Assembly (NCBI GenBank): GCA_016783885.1
Contig: JADHVR010000005.1
Location: forward strand, 28,140-92,139
From: Bacteroidales bacterium
GTDB taxonomy: Bacteria; Bacteroidota; Bacteroidia; Bacteroidales; JAADJA01
DNA length: 64,000 bases
Reading direction: 5' to 3'
Part shown: positions 49,833 to 59,985 of the stretch, one piece after another
How positions within the stretch are numbered: position 1 is the first letter of the stretch
How the letters are laid out: the number at the start of each line of letters is the position of its first letter
Translations under genes and position numbers: made by a program
Notes under the pieces: generated by a model
Databases searched by the model: none
Told to the model about the DNA's origin: nothing
The model's input: the letters and a program-made list of their open reading frames with translations, nothing else

Positions 49833-51080
49833 TTAGCTTTGATGATATCGAATCTTATCCAGAGCCTTCAACCTTTGCAATAACGTCGGATGAGAATAAT
49901 AAAAGAAAACATAAGCAGGGTGGGGGCGGAGGTTGCTCAGATGATTAACTGATAATTTAATCAATGCTTCCTGTAGTGCTTTAGGAAAATAATTTTCTCC
50001 TGCAAAACGGTCGGCGGTAAATTCATTTTTCCTGGAAACAATATTCATCACCAAACCTAAAATCAATGATAACGGGCTGTACAGCAATCCAAAAGCCAGA
50101 ATGCTTATATGAAAGCTTGCTTCTTTTGCTCCAAGAGCCTCAGAAAGTAAAGGATTACCAATAAACAAAGATAAAATATAGAGCATTAATCCTGTTTGCA
50201 GAAGTGAAATGATTGTGCCGGTTAAGGTATGTTTCTTTTTGTAATGCCCGATTTCATGGGCAAGAATCCCGACAAGTTCTTCGTTTGTATGGTCTTTTAT
50301 CAGGGTGTCAAAAAGGACGATTCTTTTCTTAGCGCCTAAACCGCTGAAATATGCATTTGCTTTAGATGAGCGTTTCGAACCATCCATTACAAAAATGTTT
50401 TTAAGCCTGAATCCAACTTTTTTAGCAAAGGATTCGATAGAGCTTCTCAGACCGCCTTCTTCCAGAGGTGTTTGCTTGTTGAACAAGGGAACAATTAAAT
50501 TAGAATAAAACATAGTCATAAAGATGGTAAATCCTCCAATCGCTGCCCATGCAATCACCCAGAACCATTCGCCGGTTGATTCGTATATCCAAACTACCAA
50601 TGCCAGCAATCCGCCACCGATGATCAAAGCCAGCAGCCAGCCTTTAAGCTTATCCAGAATAAAAGTCTTTGGAGTGGTTTTATTGAACCCGAATTTTTCT
50701 TCAATAACAAAAGTGCTGTAAACAGAAAACGGAGTGGTGAGAATGTCGGCTGCAAATCCCAGAATACCAAAAAACAATAATGCCATTAAAATCGGATTTT
50801 GAGTGTATTGCCTGACCAAATCATCCACAAAGGCAAATCCGCTTAAAAACAGCATCAGCAACATAAGGATCAAATTAAAAGAATCGGTAACAAAGGAAAA
50901 ACGTTGCTTTGTCTTTTCGTATTCCTGCGATTTTTTATATTTTTCTGCATCATAAATACCTTCCAGTTCTTTGGGAAGTTTATTGCTCCAGTATGTACTG
51001 TTCAGGTAATCGAGAATTCTCTCCAGGAAATAATCGAAAATAATTATCCCGACAATAATATAAAAGATTGTTTGAGCCAT
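49833..51080 (-). CDS. M48 (Ste24/CAAX prenyl protease-like) membrane metallopeptidase
   Basis: DGSKRSSKANAYF, HEIGH, EFxAD, YSHP. Confidence 0.95.
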   Translation of the reverse strand: MAQTIFYIIVGIIIFDYFLERILDYLNSTYWSNKLPKELEGIYDAEKYKKSQEYEKTKQRFSFVTDSFNLILMLLMLFLSGFAFVDDLVRQYTQNPILMALLFFGILGFAADILTTPFSVYSTFVIEEKFGFNKTTPKTFILDKLKGWLLALIIGGGLLALVVWIYESTGEWFWVIAWAAIGGFTIFMTMFYSNLIVPLFNKQTPLEEGGLRSSIESFAKKVGFRLKNIFVMDGSKRSSKANAYFSGLGAKKRIVLFDTLIKDHTNEELVGILAHEIGHYKKKHTLTGTIISLLQTGLMLYILSLFIGNPLLSEALGAKEASFHISILAFGLLYSPLSLILGLVMNIVSRKNEFTADRFAGENYFPKALQEALIKLSVNHLSNLRPHPAYVFFYYSHPTLLQRLKALDKIRYHQS

Positions 51081-51235
51081 ACCATATCTGTTATTAAAAA
51101 AGATTGCAAATGTATGAAGTTTTAGATATAAGAATAAAGATAAAAAAAGAAAACCCACAAATGTTGCAAGCGTCCATGCTTACATAACACCAAACTTTAC
51201 AATAATTCCAATTATAAATCAATATTCATTAAATT

Positions 51236-51865
51236 TCAATGAAAATCTTTATATTTAATTTTAGTAATAATGCGTTTACCGTTTCTGGCTGCCAATTCAA
51301 TTTTTGGCCTTGCTACAATTCCTTCTGCTAAAAAATCACCCCAAACCGAATTAAACTTCTTTCGTGCTTTTTTTACCATTTCCCAAAGTGTTCCTTCACC
51401 AATTACCGGAACAACATCTATTCCTAATTTTTTGCCAATATCTTCAACATCTTTACGCTGCAACCACCATTCACCTATTCTAATATCAAACAATACATAA
51501 CTTTGATCACTCCTGTAATTACCGCCTCCCTTTTGAATTTTTGGACCATAACCCTCGCCATACAAACAAACTTCAGCATCGTTGAATAACTCCACGAAAG
51601 TTTCTTTTTGCGTCAAAAAAATTTCATTCAACTTTTTTTCAAGTGATGATTGTAATTGCGCTTTATCCGTTTTACCACCAAAAGTAATTTGCTTATTTTC
51701 AAAATTCACCCGGATATTTGTTCCGTCAACCTTTTCGGTAAAAACCCATGTATTGTTTTGAAGATATTGAAGTTCCGGTGTGGCAAATTGCCCTTCAATC
51801 AAAGTTTTGTATTTAGTTTCAGGGTCTCGTGAAAATACTGTTGGAATTTTGTGATATTCTTTCAT
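51236..51865 (-). CDS. ATP-dependent RNA ligase family protein (Rnl2-like nucleotidyltransferase core)
   Basis: Motif I EKVDGTN, III YGEGYG, IIIa LFDI, IV AEGIV, V KIK. Confidence 0.85.
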   Translation of the reverse strand: MKEYHKIPTVFSRDPETKYKTLIEGQFATPELQYLQNNTWVFTEKVDGTNIRVNFENKQITFGGKTDKAQLQSSLEKKLNEIFLTQKETFVELFNDAEVCLYGEGYGPKIQKGGGNYRSDQSYVLFDIRIGEWWLQRKDVEDIGKKLGIDVVPVIGEGTLWEMVKKARKKFNSVWGDFLAEGIVARPKIELAARNGKRIITKIKYKDFH

Positions 51866-51907
51866 TGTTTTAATATGATGAATTTAAGTTGAAAAGCCTT
51901 TTATCAT

Positions 51908-51928
51908 CAAAAGTAATAATTATCTTTG
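51908..51928. promoter_or_regulatory. Back-to-back Bacteroidota -7 promoter elements
   Basis: TACTTTTG on minus (51908-51915, towards the RNA ligase) and TATCTTTG on plus (51921-51928, towards yicC). Confidence 0.6.
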
Positions 51929-51948
51929 TTTTTTTAAATAAGCATGTT

Positions 51949-52824
51949 ATGATTAAATCAATGACGGGTTTTGGAAAAGCTGAATGTGAATACCAAAACC
52001 GAAGAATAATTGTGGAAATAAAATCGCTGAACAGTAAGCAGATTGACATCAATGCAAGGACACCCAACGGATTTCGTGATAAAGAAGTTGGTATCAGAAC
52101 AATTTTATCAAATAGCCTTAAAAGAGGAAAGATAGACATTACAATTACTGTTGAAAATATGGATGATGTTTCTAACTATTCGATTAATAAACCTCTTGCC
52201 CGTAAATATTACAATGAATTGAAAGAATTAACAACCGGGTTTGAAGAAAAAGAGTTTACTGATTATTTAACGGTTTTAATGCGTATGCCGGAAGTTCTTG
52301 TTCCTGAAAAGGATGAAATGACCGAGTATGAATGGGAATTTTTAAAAAAAACTATCGAAGAAGCAATCGAAAAAGTAGATGAATTCAGGAGCGGAGAAGG
52401 AAAAGCATTAGAGATTGATTTTCAAAAAAGAAACATGAAGATTTTGGAATTATTAACAAAGGTCGAACCTTTTGAGAAGCAAAGAATTGAAAATTTAAAA
52501 ATTAAAATAAAGAGGGATTTATACGAATTAGCTGATAAAGAAGACATCGATAAAAACCGGTTTGAGCAAGAACTTGTTTATTATTTAGACAAACTCGATA
52601 TTACCGAGGAAAAGGTCAGGTTAAAGAAACATTGCGAATATTTTAGCGACACTTTAAATGAACCGGTTTCACAAGGTAAAAAGTTAATATTTATTTCTCA
52701 GGAAATGGGCAGGGAGATCAATACACTGGGATCAAAGGCAAATGAAGCAAACATTCAAAAAATCGTTGTTCAAATGAAGGACGAACTGGAAAAGATAAAG
52801 GAGCAGTTGTATAATATTCTTTAA
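51949..52824 (+). CDS. yicC: YicC/YloC family endoribonuclease
   Basis: MIKSMTGFG, EIKSLNS, RGK, KLDITEE, QEMGREINTLGSKA. Confidence 0.95.
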   Translation: MIKSMTGFGKAECEYQNRRIIVEIKSLNSKQIDINARTPNGFRDKEVGIRTILSNSLKRGKIDITITVENMDDVSNYSINKPLARKYYNELKELTTGFEEKEFTDYLTVLMRMPEVLVPEKDEMTEYEWEFLKKTIEEAIEKVDEFRSGEGKALEIDFQKRNMKILELLTKVEPFEKQRIENLKIKIKRDLYELADKEDIDKNRFEQELVYYLDKLDITEEKVRLKKHCEYFSDTLNEPVSQGKKLIFISQEMGREINTLGSKANEANIQKIVVQMKDELEKIKEQLYNIL

Positions 52825-52887
52825 TTTATTATTTTTGTACAAACAAAAGTTAAATCCATTCATATGATAAATGCATGAAAAAATTAA

Positions 52888-53496
52888 ATGGAAAAACCAT
52901 ATAACAAAATAATAAATGGAAAACTCGTCATCTTCTCCGCTCCCTCCGGTGCAGGAAAAACAACCATTGTTCACAAACTCCTGGAATCGGATTTAGGACT
53001 TGAATTCTCTGTGTCAGCAGCCAGTCGCCCTAAAAGACAGAACGAGGTTGACGGAAAAGATTATTACTTCATATCGGTTAAAGATTTCAAAGAAAAGATA
53101 AAAAATGAAAAATTCCTTGAATGGGAAGAGGTTTATAAAGACCACTTTTACGGCACATTAAAATCGGAGGTGGAGAGAATTTGGGCAAAGGGGCATCATG
53201 TTATTTTTGATGTGGACGTTTACGGTGGAATCAATATTAAAAAATATTACAAGCAAAAGGCATTGGCAATTTTTGTTATGCCACCTTCAATTAAGCACTT
53301 AGAGCAGAGACTTAGAGAAAGGTCAACGGAGAGCGAGGAGAATCTAAGCAAAAGATTTGAAAAAGCGGAGCATGAAATGTCGTTTGCACATGAATTCGAC
53401 AGAATAATTATTAATGACAATTTAGAAACCGCAATAGCTGAGGCAAAAGAAATTGTGACTGAGTTTCTGAATAAAAAAGAGGAAAAAGCATCATGA
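52888..53496 (+). CDS. gmk: Guanylate kinase
   Basis: SAPSGAGKTT, EVDGKDYYF, YGT, DVDV. Confidence 0.97.
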   Translation: MEKPYNKIINGKLVIFSAPSGAGKTTIVHKLLESDLGLEFSVSAASRPKRQNEVDGKDYYFISVKDFKEKIKNEKFLEWEEVYKDHFYGTLKSEVERIWAKGHHVIFDVDVYGGINIKKYYKQKALAIFVMPPSIKHLEQRLRERSTESEENLSKRFEKAEHEMSFAHEFDRIIINDNLETAIAEAKEIVTEFLNKKEEKAS

Positions 53497-54185
53497 AAAC
53501 AATAGGACTCATAGGTGGGATAAGCTGGAACTCAACAGTTGATTACTACAGGATAATAAATCTTGAAGTGAATAAAAGGCTGGGCGGGAAACATTCGGCA
53601 AAGATACTGCTTTATTCATTGAATTTTGCTGATATTGAAAATTTGATGCTTAAAAGTGATTATGTTCAACTCAGGGCAGAGATATTGAAAGTAGCAAAAA
53701 AATTGGAAAATGGCGGTGCGGATTTACTTCTTTTATGTGCTAATACTGCGCATAAATTCGCAGATGATATTAAAAAAGAAATAAAAATACCCTTAATACA
53801 TATAGCTGATTCTACCGGCAATAATATACAGAAATCCGGAATTAAAAAAGTTGGTCTTCTTGGAACAAAATTTACAATGGAGGAAGATTTCATACTAGCC
53901 AGGATTAAAGAAAGATACAATGTTGATATTTTAATACCATCAAGTGAGGAAAGACAAGTTGTTAATGAAATAATATATGAAGAACTTGTTATTGGCAATT
54001 TCCTGAATTCTTCCAAAGTTAAGTTTTTAAACATTATAGAGAATTTAAAGCTAAATGGTGCAAAAGGAATTATTTTAGGATGCACTGAACTACCGCTGAT
54101 TATTAAACCGCAAGATTGTACTTTGCCATTATTTAATACAACCGAAATTCATGCGCTTGCGGCTGTTGATTGTGCATTAAGTTGA
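53493..54185 (+). CDS. Aspartate/glutamate racemase family (RacX/YgeA-like)
   Basis: IGLIGG, two-Cys motifs CANTAH and GCTE; ATGA overlap with gmk. Confidence 0.93.
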   Translation: MKTIGLIGGISWNSTVDYYRIINLEVNKRLGGKHSAKILLYSLNFADIENLMLKSDYVQLRAEILKVAKKLENGGADLLLLCANTAHKFADDIKKEIKIPLIHIADSTGNNIQKSGIKKVGLLGTKFTMEEDFILARIKERYNVDILIPSSEERQVVNEIIYEELVIGNFLNSSKVKFLNIIENLKLNGAKGIILGCTELPLIIKPQDCTLPLFNTTEIHALAAVDCALS

Positions 54186-54218
54186 TTATAGGAAGTTTTT
54201 CAGGAAAAGCCTGATGTA

Positions 54219-56129
54219 TTAGTAAATGATCAGCTTTTCTCTCTCAACAAATTTATCGTTAAATAAAACCATCACATAAGTCCCTTTTGGTAAGTTCTCA
54301 AAATTAAATGTTCTAATAAATGAGTTTCCGTTTATTTTGAACTCATAATCATAAACCAGCTTTCCTGAAATATCACATAATATCATTTTAACTTTTTGCC
54401 GGTCCAGGTTTTCTGCTGAAATTGTAAACCGTCCATTACAAGGATTTGGATAAATTACAAAATCATTCTTTAAGTCAATAAGTACATCAATACCTGTGTT
54501 TGAAAAATCGATAAAACTTAAATTGTTGCCCTCTGTGAAAGTTATTCCTAAATCATCAGTCAATTCGTTATAATATAATCCGTTTGGAGAATCGTAATTT
54601 ATAGTAATTATTGTATAATCTGAAAATATACTGTCAAATTTATATACCAGGCTTTCTTCACTGTTAGAAACATAATAATTACCCGATTCGGTATAAATAA
54701 TATCTTTTAATTCATATATGGCAGTAAACAAAGTATCGGTTATGTTCCCATTTATATCAGAAGCAATAATATAAGACTCCATTTCAGTTGTTGAGTAGGA
54801 AATAAAAATCAGTTCGTCGGTATTATCTTTATAATAAATCCCTGTTGGATTTTCAACATTTGTAATAAATTCGGAAGATGATTGTGTAATAATATCGAAT
54901 TTTAAAATATTGTTTTTAATGTAATCCGTTATGTACAAATTATTATTATCATGAGTTAAAAATTCGAGAAAGCTTTCACTTGTATCGATTTCCGTTTCCA
55001 TCACTATTTCATTTGTGTTAATATCAATAGCTGTTAAAAAGGAAGAAGAACTGTCATTAGGAATTCCTGTATTGTTTAAAACAAAAAGCAATTGATCGAA
55101 AATACATAATCCGGTGGGATGGTTAAGATCGTTAAAATAAGTATGAACTGTATCTCCGGGGCTTTTAATTGTAATTATGTTTCCTGTAACAGAATTATCA
55201 GATATGCAACTGTTTGTTATAAAATACCGAAAATTATTATTATCAAACACGATATCAAAAGGTTGCTTAAACGGCGATTCAAAACCTGAAGTTTCGATAA
55301 AACTTAAAGTATGCTCTCCCCAGTTACAAACTACAAGGCAGGTATCCTTTCCGATACACATACCGAAAGGTCGGTTATGATTATTCGATATTTCATATTT
55401 CCAGCTAAAGTCGTGATTTGTTTTATACACAGGTTCATTCCCCCATTGGTAATCATTGCCCCAACTGGATAAATAAAAGTTTCCTTCGTCATCCATAGTG
55501 ATCCCTTCAAGATAACCATTGTGATAAAAAACAGTAGTAATTTCACCTCCTTGCGGGCTTTTTGATTTGATATAAGAATTTGTGAAACTACTGTTTGTAA
55601 ATAAAATTCTATCGCTAATATAATCATAAAAAACTCCGAAAGGATTTGTAATGTTGGTAACAAAATCAGTAACTAAACCTGTTTGCAGGTTATATTTATA
55701 AATTTTCATTTTTTCGCTGTCACCTATATACAAATTTCCATTGTTATCGGTAGTCATCAGGTCTAAATAAGTTCCACCCGTTGAAATCTCAAAATTCAGA
55801 ATACTGACGCCGGTATTAATGTTAATCCCAACAAGATAGGATGGCTGAGAACCGCCATACAAATCCATGTTGTTGGTAATATAAAGAATATCGTTAATAA
55901 GACAAAGTCCCCCGACGTAATTAAGTTCGTCGTAAAAAGTACCTGTAATCTGACCTTCCGAATTTAATTTGAGAATATTTCCGGCAGTATTATCCGCCCA
56001 GTTCGAGACATAATACTGTTCGGATTGTTCATGGTAAACAATATCAACTGGATAACGAATTGTATCCTGTGTATGCGCGAAAAACGGTAACAAGATAATG
56101 AATGTAATAAAATATCTGATAAGTTTCAT
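54219..56129 (-). CDS. T9SS cargo with two tandem SMP-30/NHL-like beta-propellers
   Basis: Internal duplication (PxDIV...YxxN...GNI twice); CTD IYPNP...GTYV...EKLII. Confidence 0.85.
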   Translation of the reverse strand: MKLIRYFITFIILLPFFAHTQDTIRYPVDIVYHEQSEQYYVSNWADNTAGNILKLNSEGQITGTFYDELNYVGGLCLINDILYITNNMDLYGGSQPSYLVGININTGVSILNFEISTGGTYLDLMTTDNNGNLYIGDSEKMKIYKYNLQTGLVTDFVTNITNPFGVFYDYISDRILFTNSSFTNSYIKSKSPQGGEITTVFYHNGYLEGITMDDEGNFYLSSWGNDYQWGNEPVYKTNHDFSWKYEISNNHNRPFGMCIGKDTCLVVCNWGEHTLSFIETSGFESPFKQPFDIVFDNNNFRYFITNSCISDNSVTGNIITIKSPGDTVHTYFNDLNHPTGLCIFDQLLFVLNNTGIPNDSSSSFLTAIDINTNEIVMETEIDTSESFLEFLTHDNNNLYITDYIKNNILKFDIITQSSSEFITNVENPTGIYYKDNTDELIFISYSTTEMESYIIASDINGNITDTLFTAIYELKDIIYTESGNYYVSNSEESLVYKFDSIFSDYTIITINYDSPNGLYYNELTDDLGITFTEGNNLSFIDFSNTGIDVLIDLKNDFVIYPNPCNGRFTISAENLDRQKVKMILCDISGKLVYDYEFKINGNSFIRTFNFENLPKGTYVMVLFNDKFVEREKLIIY

Positions 56130-56320
56130 TTGTTGGATGTTTATCATTTGGGCTTCAAAGTTAATAACAATATTTATTTATACTAAAAAGCATCCTGAAT
56201 ACTCAGGACTTACTTCGTGTTGTCCATACGGACTTGCCCGCCTGAAAGACGAAGTCGGGCAGGCTTCGCTTCGTAAACTTTATAAATATCACATTAATTA
56301 ACTGCCGACTGAGAACTGAA

Positions 56321-56725
56321 TTAATACCTCGGACCTACGCCCCAGAAATTCTGATATTCATCTGCATCTTCACCAAAAGCCTCTATAATGTTTTGGTCTT
56401 TAATCTTAATGGTACACTTTTTACCGGCTATTTCAGAAAAGACTATCTTGTATTCAACATTTTTTTCGTCAATCATTATCACTTCGGCAAGGTCTTTATT
56501 TACTTCGGGTATGGCAAGGCTGGAACGACATACAGGGCAGAAAAAATCAATGTGCTCACCTTCTTCATACTTGAAATTATCATCGTGTATTATTGTGTAA
56601 TCGCCAAGTTTGGGGCTAAGCAATATAATCCCTTTTATTCCTTTCTCGGTTTCAGCAGAAAAAATGATATAATCTTTGATCTTGAGTTCTGCTCTGCATT
56701 TTGGGCATAAATAATTATTTTTCAT
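56321..56725 (-). CDS. Conserved hypothetical protein with two CxxC motifs
   Basis: YLCPKC and FFCPVC, LSPKLGDY, FSEIAG. Confidence 0.75.
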   Translation of the reverse strand: MKNNYLCPKCRAELKIKDYIIFSAETEKGIKGIILLSPKLGDYTIIHDDNFKYEEGEHIDFFCPVCRSSLAIPEVNKDLAEVIMIDEKNVEYKIVFSEIAGKKCTIKIKDQNIIEAFGEDADEYQNFWGVGPRY

Positions 56726-56854
56726 AACTTCTGATATTTTAAAAAAATACTTTAATCTATCAGCGACAAAATTATACAATTATTGCTAATTTATTTTAAT
56801 CGATATAAATAAAAAAAAATACTGTACTTTTGAATACATTAATACATTATAATT

Positions 56855-58030
56855 ATGATCATCAAACAGAACAAATTATTGATAAGATCCGCGTTGACCT
56901 CTGTTGCTTTGTTTTTATTTATTTGCAGTAATGCACAGATCAATGTGTTTCATGTAACAGCCGATTTAAATTTAAATGATAAGGAAGGTGTTTTTTATGC
57001 CCTGCCAATGACAATGATTAAAGTGGATGTAACGGTTAAAAAAATGGAACATTATGCAGGGCCATATTCTGAATATGCCGGCAAGTACCTCGATCTTGAA
57101 GATATTATTTCAACTGATTATAATGAATATGAGATCACAGGTGTGAAGTTAAGCACTTTGGTTGAACCTGATCCTGACCACTACTATTTTGTGGAGACCG
57201 GTGAGAAAACAACCAAAGAAGAAAAAGCTATTATTATTTCGTTATCCGAATCAGGATTGATAATGGGATTGAACGGTTCACTGTCAAAAAAGCAGGCTAA
57301 AGAATTAATAGTAACAAATCTTGAGGAAAACGGTGATTTGTTTCAATATTTTGCTGAAACTAATTTGTACGAAAAAATTGATACGATAATTCGGAAGGTA
57401 GTTGTGGATACTGTGTCGGTTGAAAAGATATACTTAGACAGAAAATGGGTTGAAAAGAGCAATGAACAAAAAGCCGTTGAAGCAGCAAATATGATCGGCA
57501 AAATAAGGGAAAGCCGGTACAATCTGTTAACAGGCTACCAGGAAATTCCTTATGATGCGGGAAGCATTGCATATATGGACAAGGAGCTAAATAAGATGGA
57601 AAAAGAGTATCTCTCTTTGTTCACAGGTATAACTATTGAAAAAATATTTTATTATTCTTTCTCTATTCTTCCCAATCCTAATGAACAAACTACGTTAATA
57701 CCTGTTTTCGTATTTTCGGAAAGAAGTGGTATTAAAGATGCTAATGCTGCCGGTGGTGAAAATATTTTTCTTAGAATAGAACGAACCGAAAGCACCCGAC
57801 AATTGATTAGTCAGATAAATAAAAGGAACCAATCAGATAAAAGCGTACATGGGTTTTATTATAGAATTCCGGAAGGAGTTGAAGTTAGCCTTGAGATAAA
57901 TAACGATTTGAAAGTAAATTGTAATTTCCGGATAAGTCAATTCGGAACGGTAACCTTCCTTCCTGCGTCAATTACAGCAGTTCAGTTCCATACTGAAACG
58001 GGAGGGGTGAAGAGTATTATTGTTGAGTGA
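56855..58030 (+). CDS. DUF4831-like exported protein
   Basis: YALP, GPYSEYAxKYL, EYLSLFxG, YYRIP, QFG. Confidence 0.75.
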   Translation: MIIKQNKLLIRSALTSVALFLFICSNAQINVFHVTADLNLNDKEGVFYALPMTMIKVDVTVKKMEHYAGPYSEYAGKYLDLEDIISTDYNEYEITGVKLSTLVEPDPDHYYFVETGEKTTKEEKAIIISLSESGLIMGLNGSLSKKQAKELIVTNLEENGDLFQYFAETNLYEKIDTIIRKVVVDTVSVEKIYLDRKWVEKSNEQKAVEAANMIGKIRESRYNLLTGYQEIPYDAGSIAYMDKELNKMEKEYLSLFTGITIEKIFYYSFSILPNPNEQTTLIPVFVFSERSGIKDANAAGGENIFLRIERTESTRQLISQINKRNQSDKSVHGFYYRIPEGVEVSLEINNDLKVNCNFRISQFGTVTFLPASITAVQFHTETGGVKSIIVE

Positions 58031-58069
58031 GAGGCAAAAAGCCACCAATGACAGATTTTGATTAAATCA

Positions 58070-58375
58070 TTAGTTTAACCCTTTGAAAATGTTTTGGTAG
58101 AACTCACCTACTATAGGAACCGGCTTTTTCTCGCCTTGTATGGCATTAACCAAACCTATTATCCAGAATACAAAAACTATGATGTTTAGTATCCATCCGA
58201 TAATTGGAATGAACCATAATATTATACCGGTTAAAATCAATCCTAAAGATTGCCTAAGATGGAATGCACCAAACTCTGTTCGATTATTATTATGTAAAAT
58301 AATTGCGATGATCCATCCGAGTAATGTAATGTAACTTACAATAGCAACTGTTTTGTCTTCAGAAACTGTATTCAT
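58070..58375 (-). CDS. DUF4870-like small membrane protein
   Basis: AIVSYIT..GWIIA, FHLRQSLGL, GEKKPVPIVG. Confidence 0.8.
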   Translation of the reverse strand: MNTVSEDKTVAIVSYITLLGWIIAIILHNNNRTEFGAFHLRQSLGLILTGIILWFIPIIGWILNIIVFVFWIIGLVNAIQGEKKPVPIVGEFYQNIFKGLN

Positions 58376-58418
58376 AATTATTTGTTTTAATGATACATGA
58401 AACAAAAATAAGATAAAA

Positions 58419-59228
58419 TTATAAAATAGCCTGCCGGATTCCGGCTAACTTTATCAGCAGGTTTTCAAGCAGGTCAATCCGGAGCATATTTGCTCCGTCC
58501 GAAAAAGCACTTGCCGGGTCGGGATGGGTTTCGATAAAAATACCATCCACTCCAATGGCAACTCCGGCTTTGGCTATGGTTTCTATCATTTCGGGTTTTC
58601 CGCCTGTTATGCCGGCAGTCTGATTAGGCTGTTGCAAGGAGTGCGTGCAATCCAGAATTACAGGAACTCCAAATTTTTGTATAACCGGTATCCCCCTGTA
58701 ATCCACCACCAGGTCCTGGTATCCGAAGGTTGTACCTCTCTCTGTTACAAAAATTTTATCATTTCCTGATTCTCTTACTTTGTTGATAGCAAATTTCATC
58801 GTATCAGGCGAAAGGAACTGCCCTTTTTTTATATTTACCGGTTTACCGGTTTTAGCGGCAGCAACCAGTAATTCTGTTTGCCTGCATAAAAAGGCGGGTA
58901 TTTGCAGAATATCAACATATTCAGCCGCCAGTTCGGCTTCATGGGTAGAATGAACATCTGTTAAAACCGGAATATTCATTTTATCACCGACCTCCCGGAT
59001 GACTTCAAGCCCTTTAATATCACCAATTCCTGTAAACGAATCTAATCGCGACCTGTTTGCCTTTTTATATGATGCTTTGAAAATAAAGGGTATTTTAAGT
59101 TTATCTGTTATGGAGATGATCTTTTCAGCAATTTCAAGTGGCATATTTTCATTTTCCACTATGCACGGTCCGGCTATCAGGAAGAAATTACCTGAACCGG
59201 TGTGTTTTAATTTTGGAATTTTAAACAT
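58419..59228 (-). CDS. kdsA: 3-deoxy-8-phosphooctulonate (KDO8P) synthase
   Basis: AGPC, KASYxKANRS, QIPAFLCRQT, KKGQF, THSLQ, ETHP, SDG. Confidence 0.97.
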   Translation of the reverse strand: MFKIPKLKHTGSGNFFLIAGPCIVENENMPLEIAEKIISITDKLKIPFIFKASYKKANRSRLDSFTGIGDIKGLEVIREVGDKMNIPVLTDVHSTHEAELAAEYVDILQIPAFLCRQTELLVAAAKTGKPVNIKKGQFLSPDTMKFAINKVRESGNDKIFVTERGTTFGYQDLVVDYRGIPVIQKFGVPVILDCTHSLQQPNQTAGITGGKPEMIETIAKAGVAIGVDGIFIETHPDPASAFSDGANMLRIDLLENLLIKLAGIRQAIL

Positions 59229-59290
59229 GATTTAGTTCAAATTTTAAAGTTCAAAGTTAGTGCTTTTTGAAAAAACAGATAATTCTTTTA

Positions 59291-59899
59291 TTAATTTTCT
59301 ACTATTTCAAAAGTGTTAACCAATTGCTTTAACCGGCATATTCTTTCTCTGAAATTCTCTGTCTTATAAACAGAAGACTGGATGAGGTATATTTCGTTTG
59401 ATTTTTCTCTTTTAATAAAAACAACTAAGTTTACGATATCTCCATCTTTAAAATTATTTTCAAACAATACCCAGTATCCGTTCCTGTCATTTATTGTCGT
59501 TTTTCCCATCTCGTTTACAGAAATTGAAGTGTCTTTTTTTAAAGAAGTGAGTTCTTTTTCAACATAAACTTTGAGGGAGTCGTTGGTAGAATATCCTGTT
59601 ATTGATATTGATTGTAATTTCTTTGGATCGTTACCCGTTTCAAATATGTTAGATGCAAAAATCCCAAAGAGTGTGTCGAAATAGCTTTCCTGAATATCCC
59701 AACTATACGGAAGGCTGATCATAAATTTATCGCTGGGATCACCTATGGTTATTATTACACCAAAATCAATAATCGCATCGCAATTATTATAATAAGTCGT
59801 TATAGGAATTTCCCTTATGGCATTATTTTGCTGAACACAACCTGAGCATATCACAAAAATAAAACTCACGTAATTAATATAATTTTTTCTTCTGAACAT
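59291..59899 (-). CDS. Hypothetical lipoprotein (possible PsbP/DUF1795-like fold)
   Basis: Lipobox CSGC, FxISLPxSW, C-terminal VNTFEI. Confidence 0.6.
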   Translation of the reverse strand: MFRRKNYINYVSFIFVICSGCVQQNNAIREIPITTYYNNCDAIIDFGVIITIGDPSDKFMISLPYSWDIQESYFDTLFGIFASNIFETGNDPKKLQSISITGYSTNDSLKVYVEKELTSLKKDTSISVNEMGKTTINDRNGYWVLFENNFKDGDIVNLVVFIKREKSNEIYLIQSSVYKTENFRERICRLKQLVNTFEIVEN

Positions 59900-59985
59900 T
59901 TTGTTAGAGTTTCTATATCTTAAAATTTAACTTATTACAATTAACTATTAACGTATAACAATTTAACAATTTAACCATGAAACCA

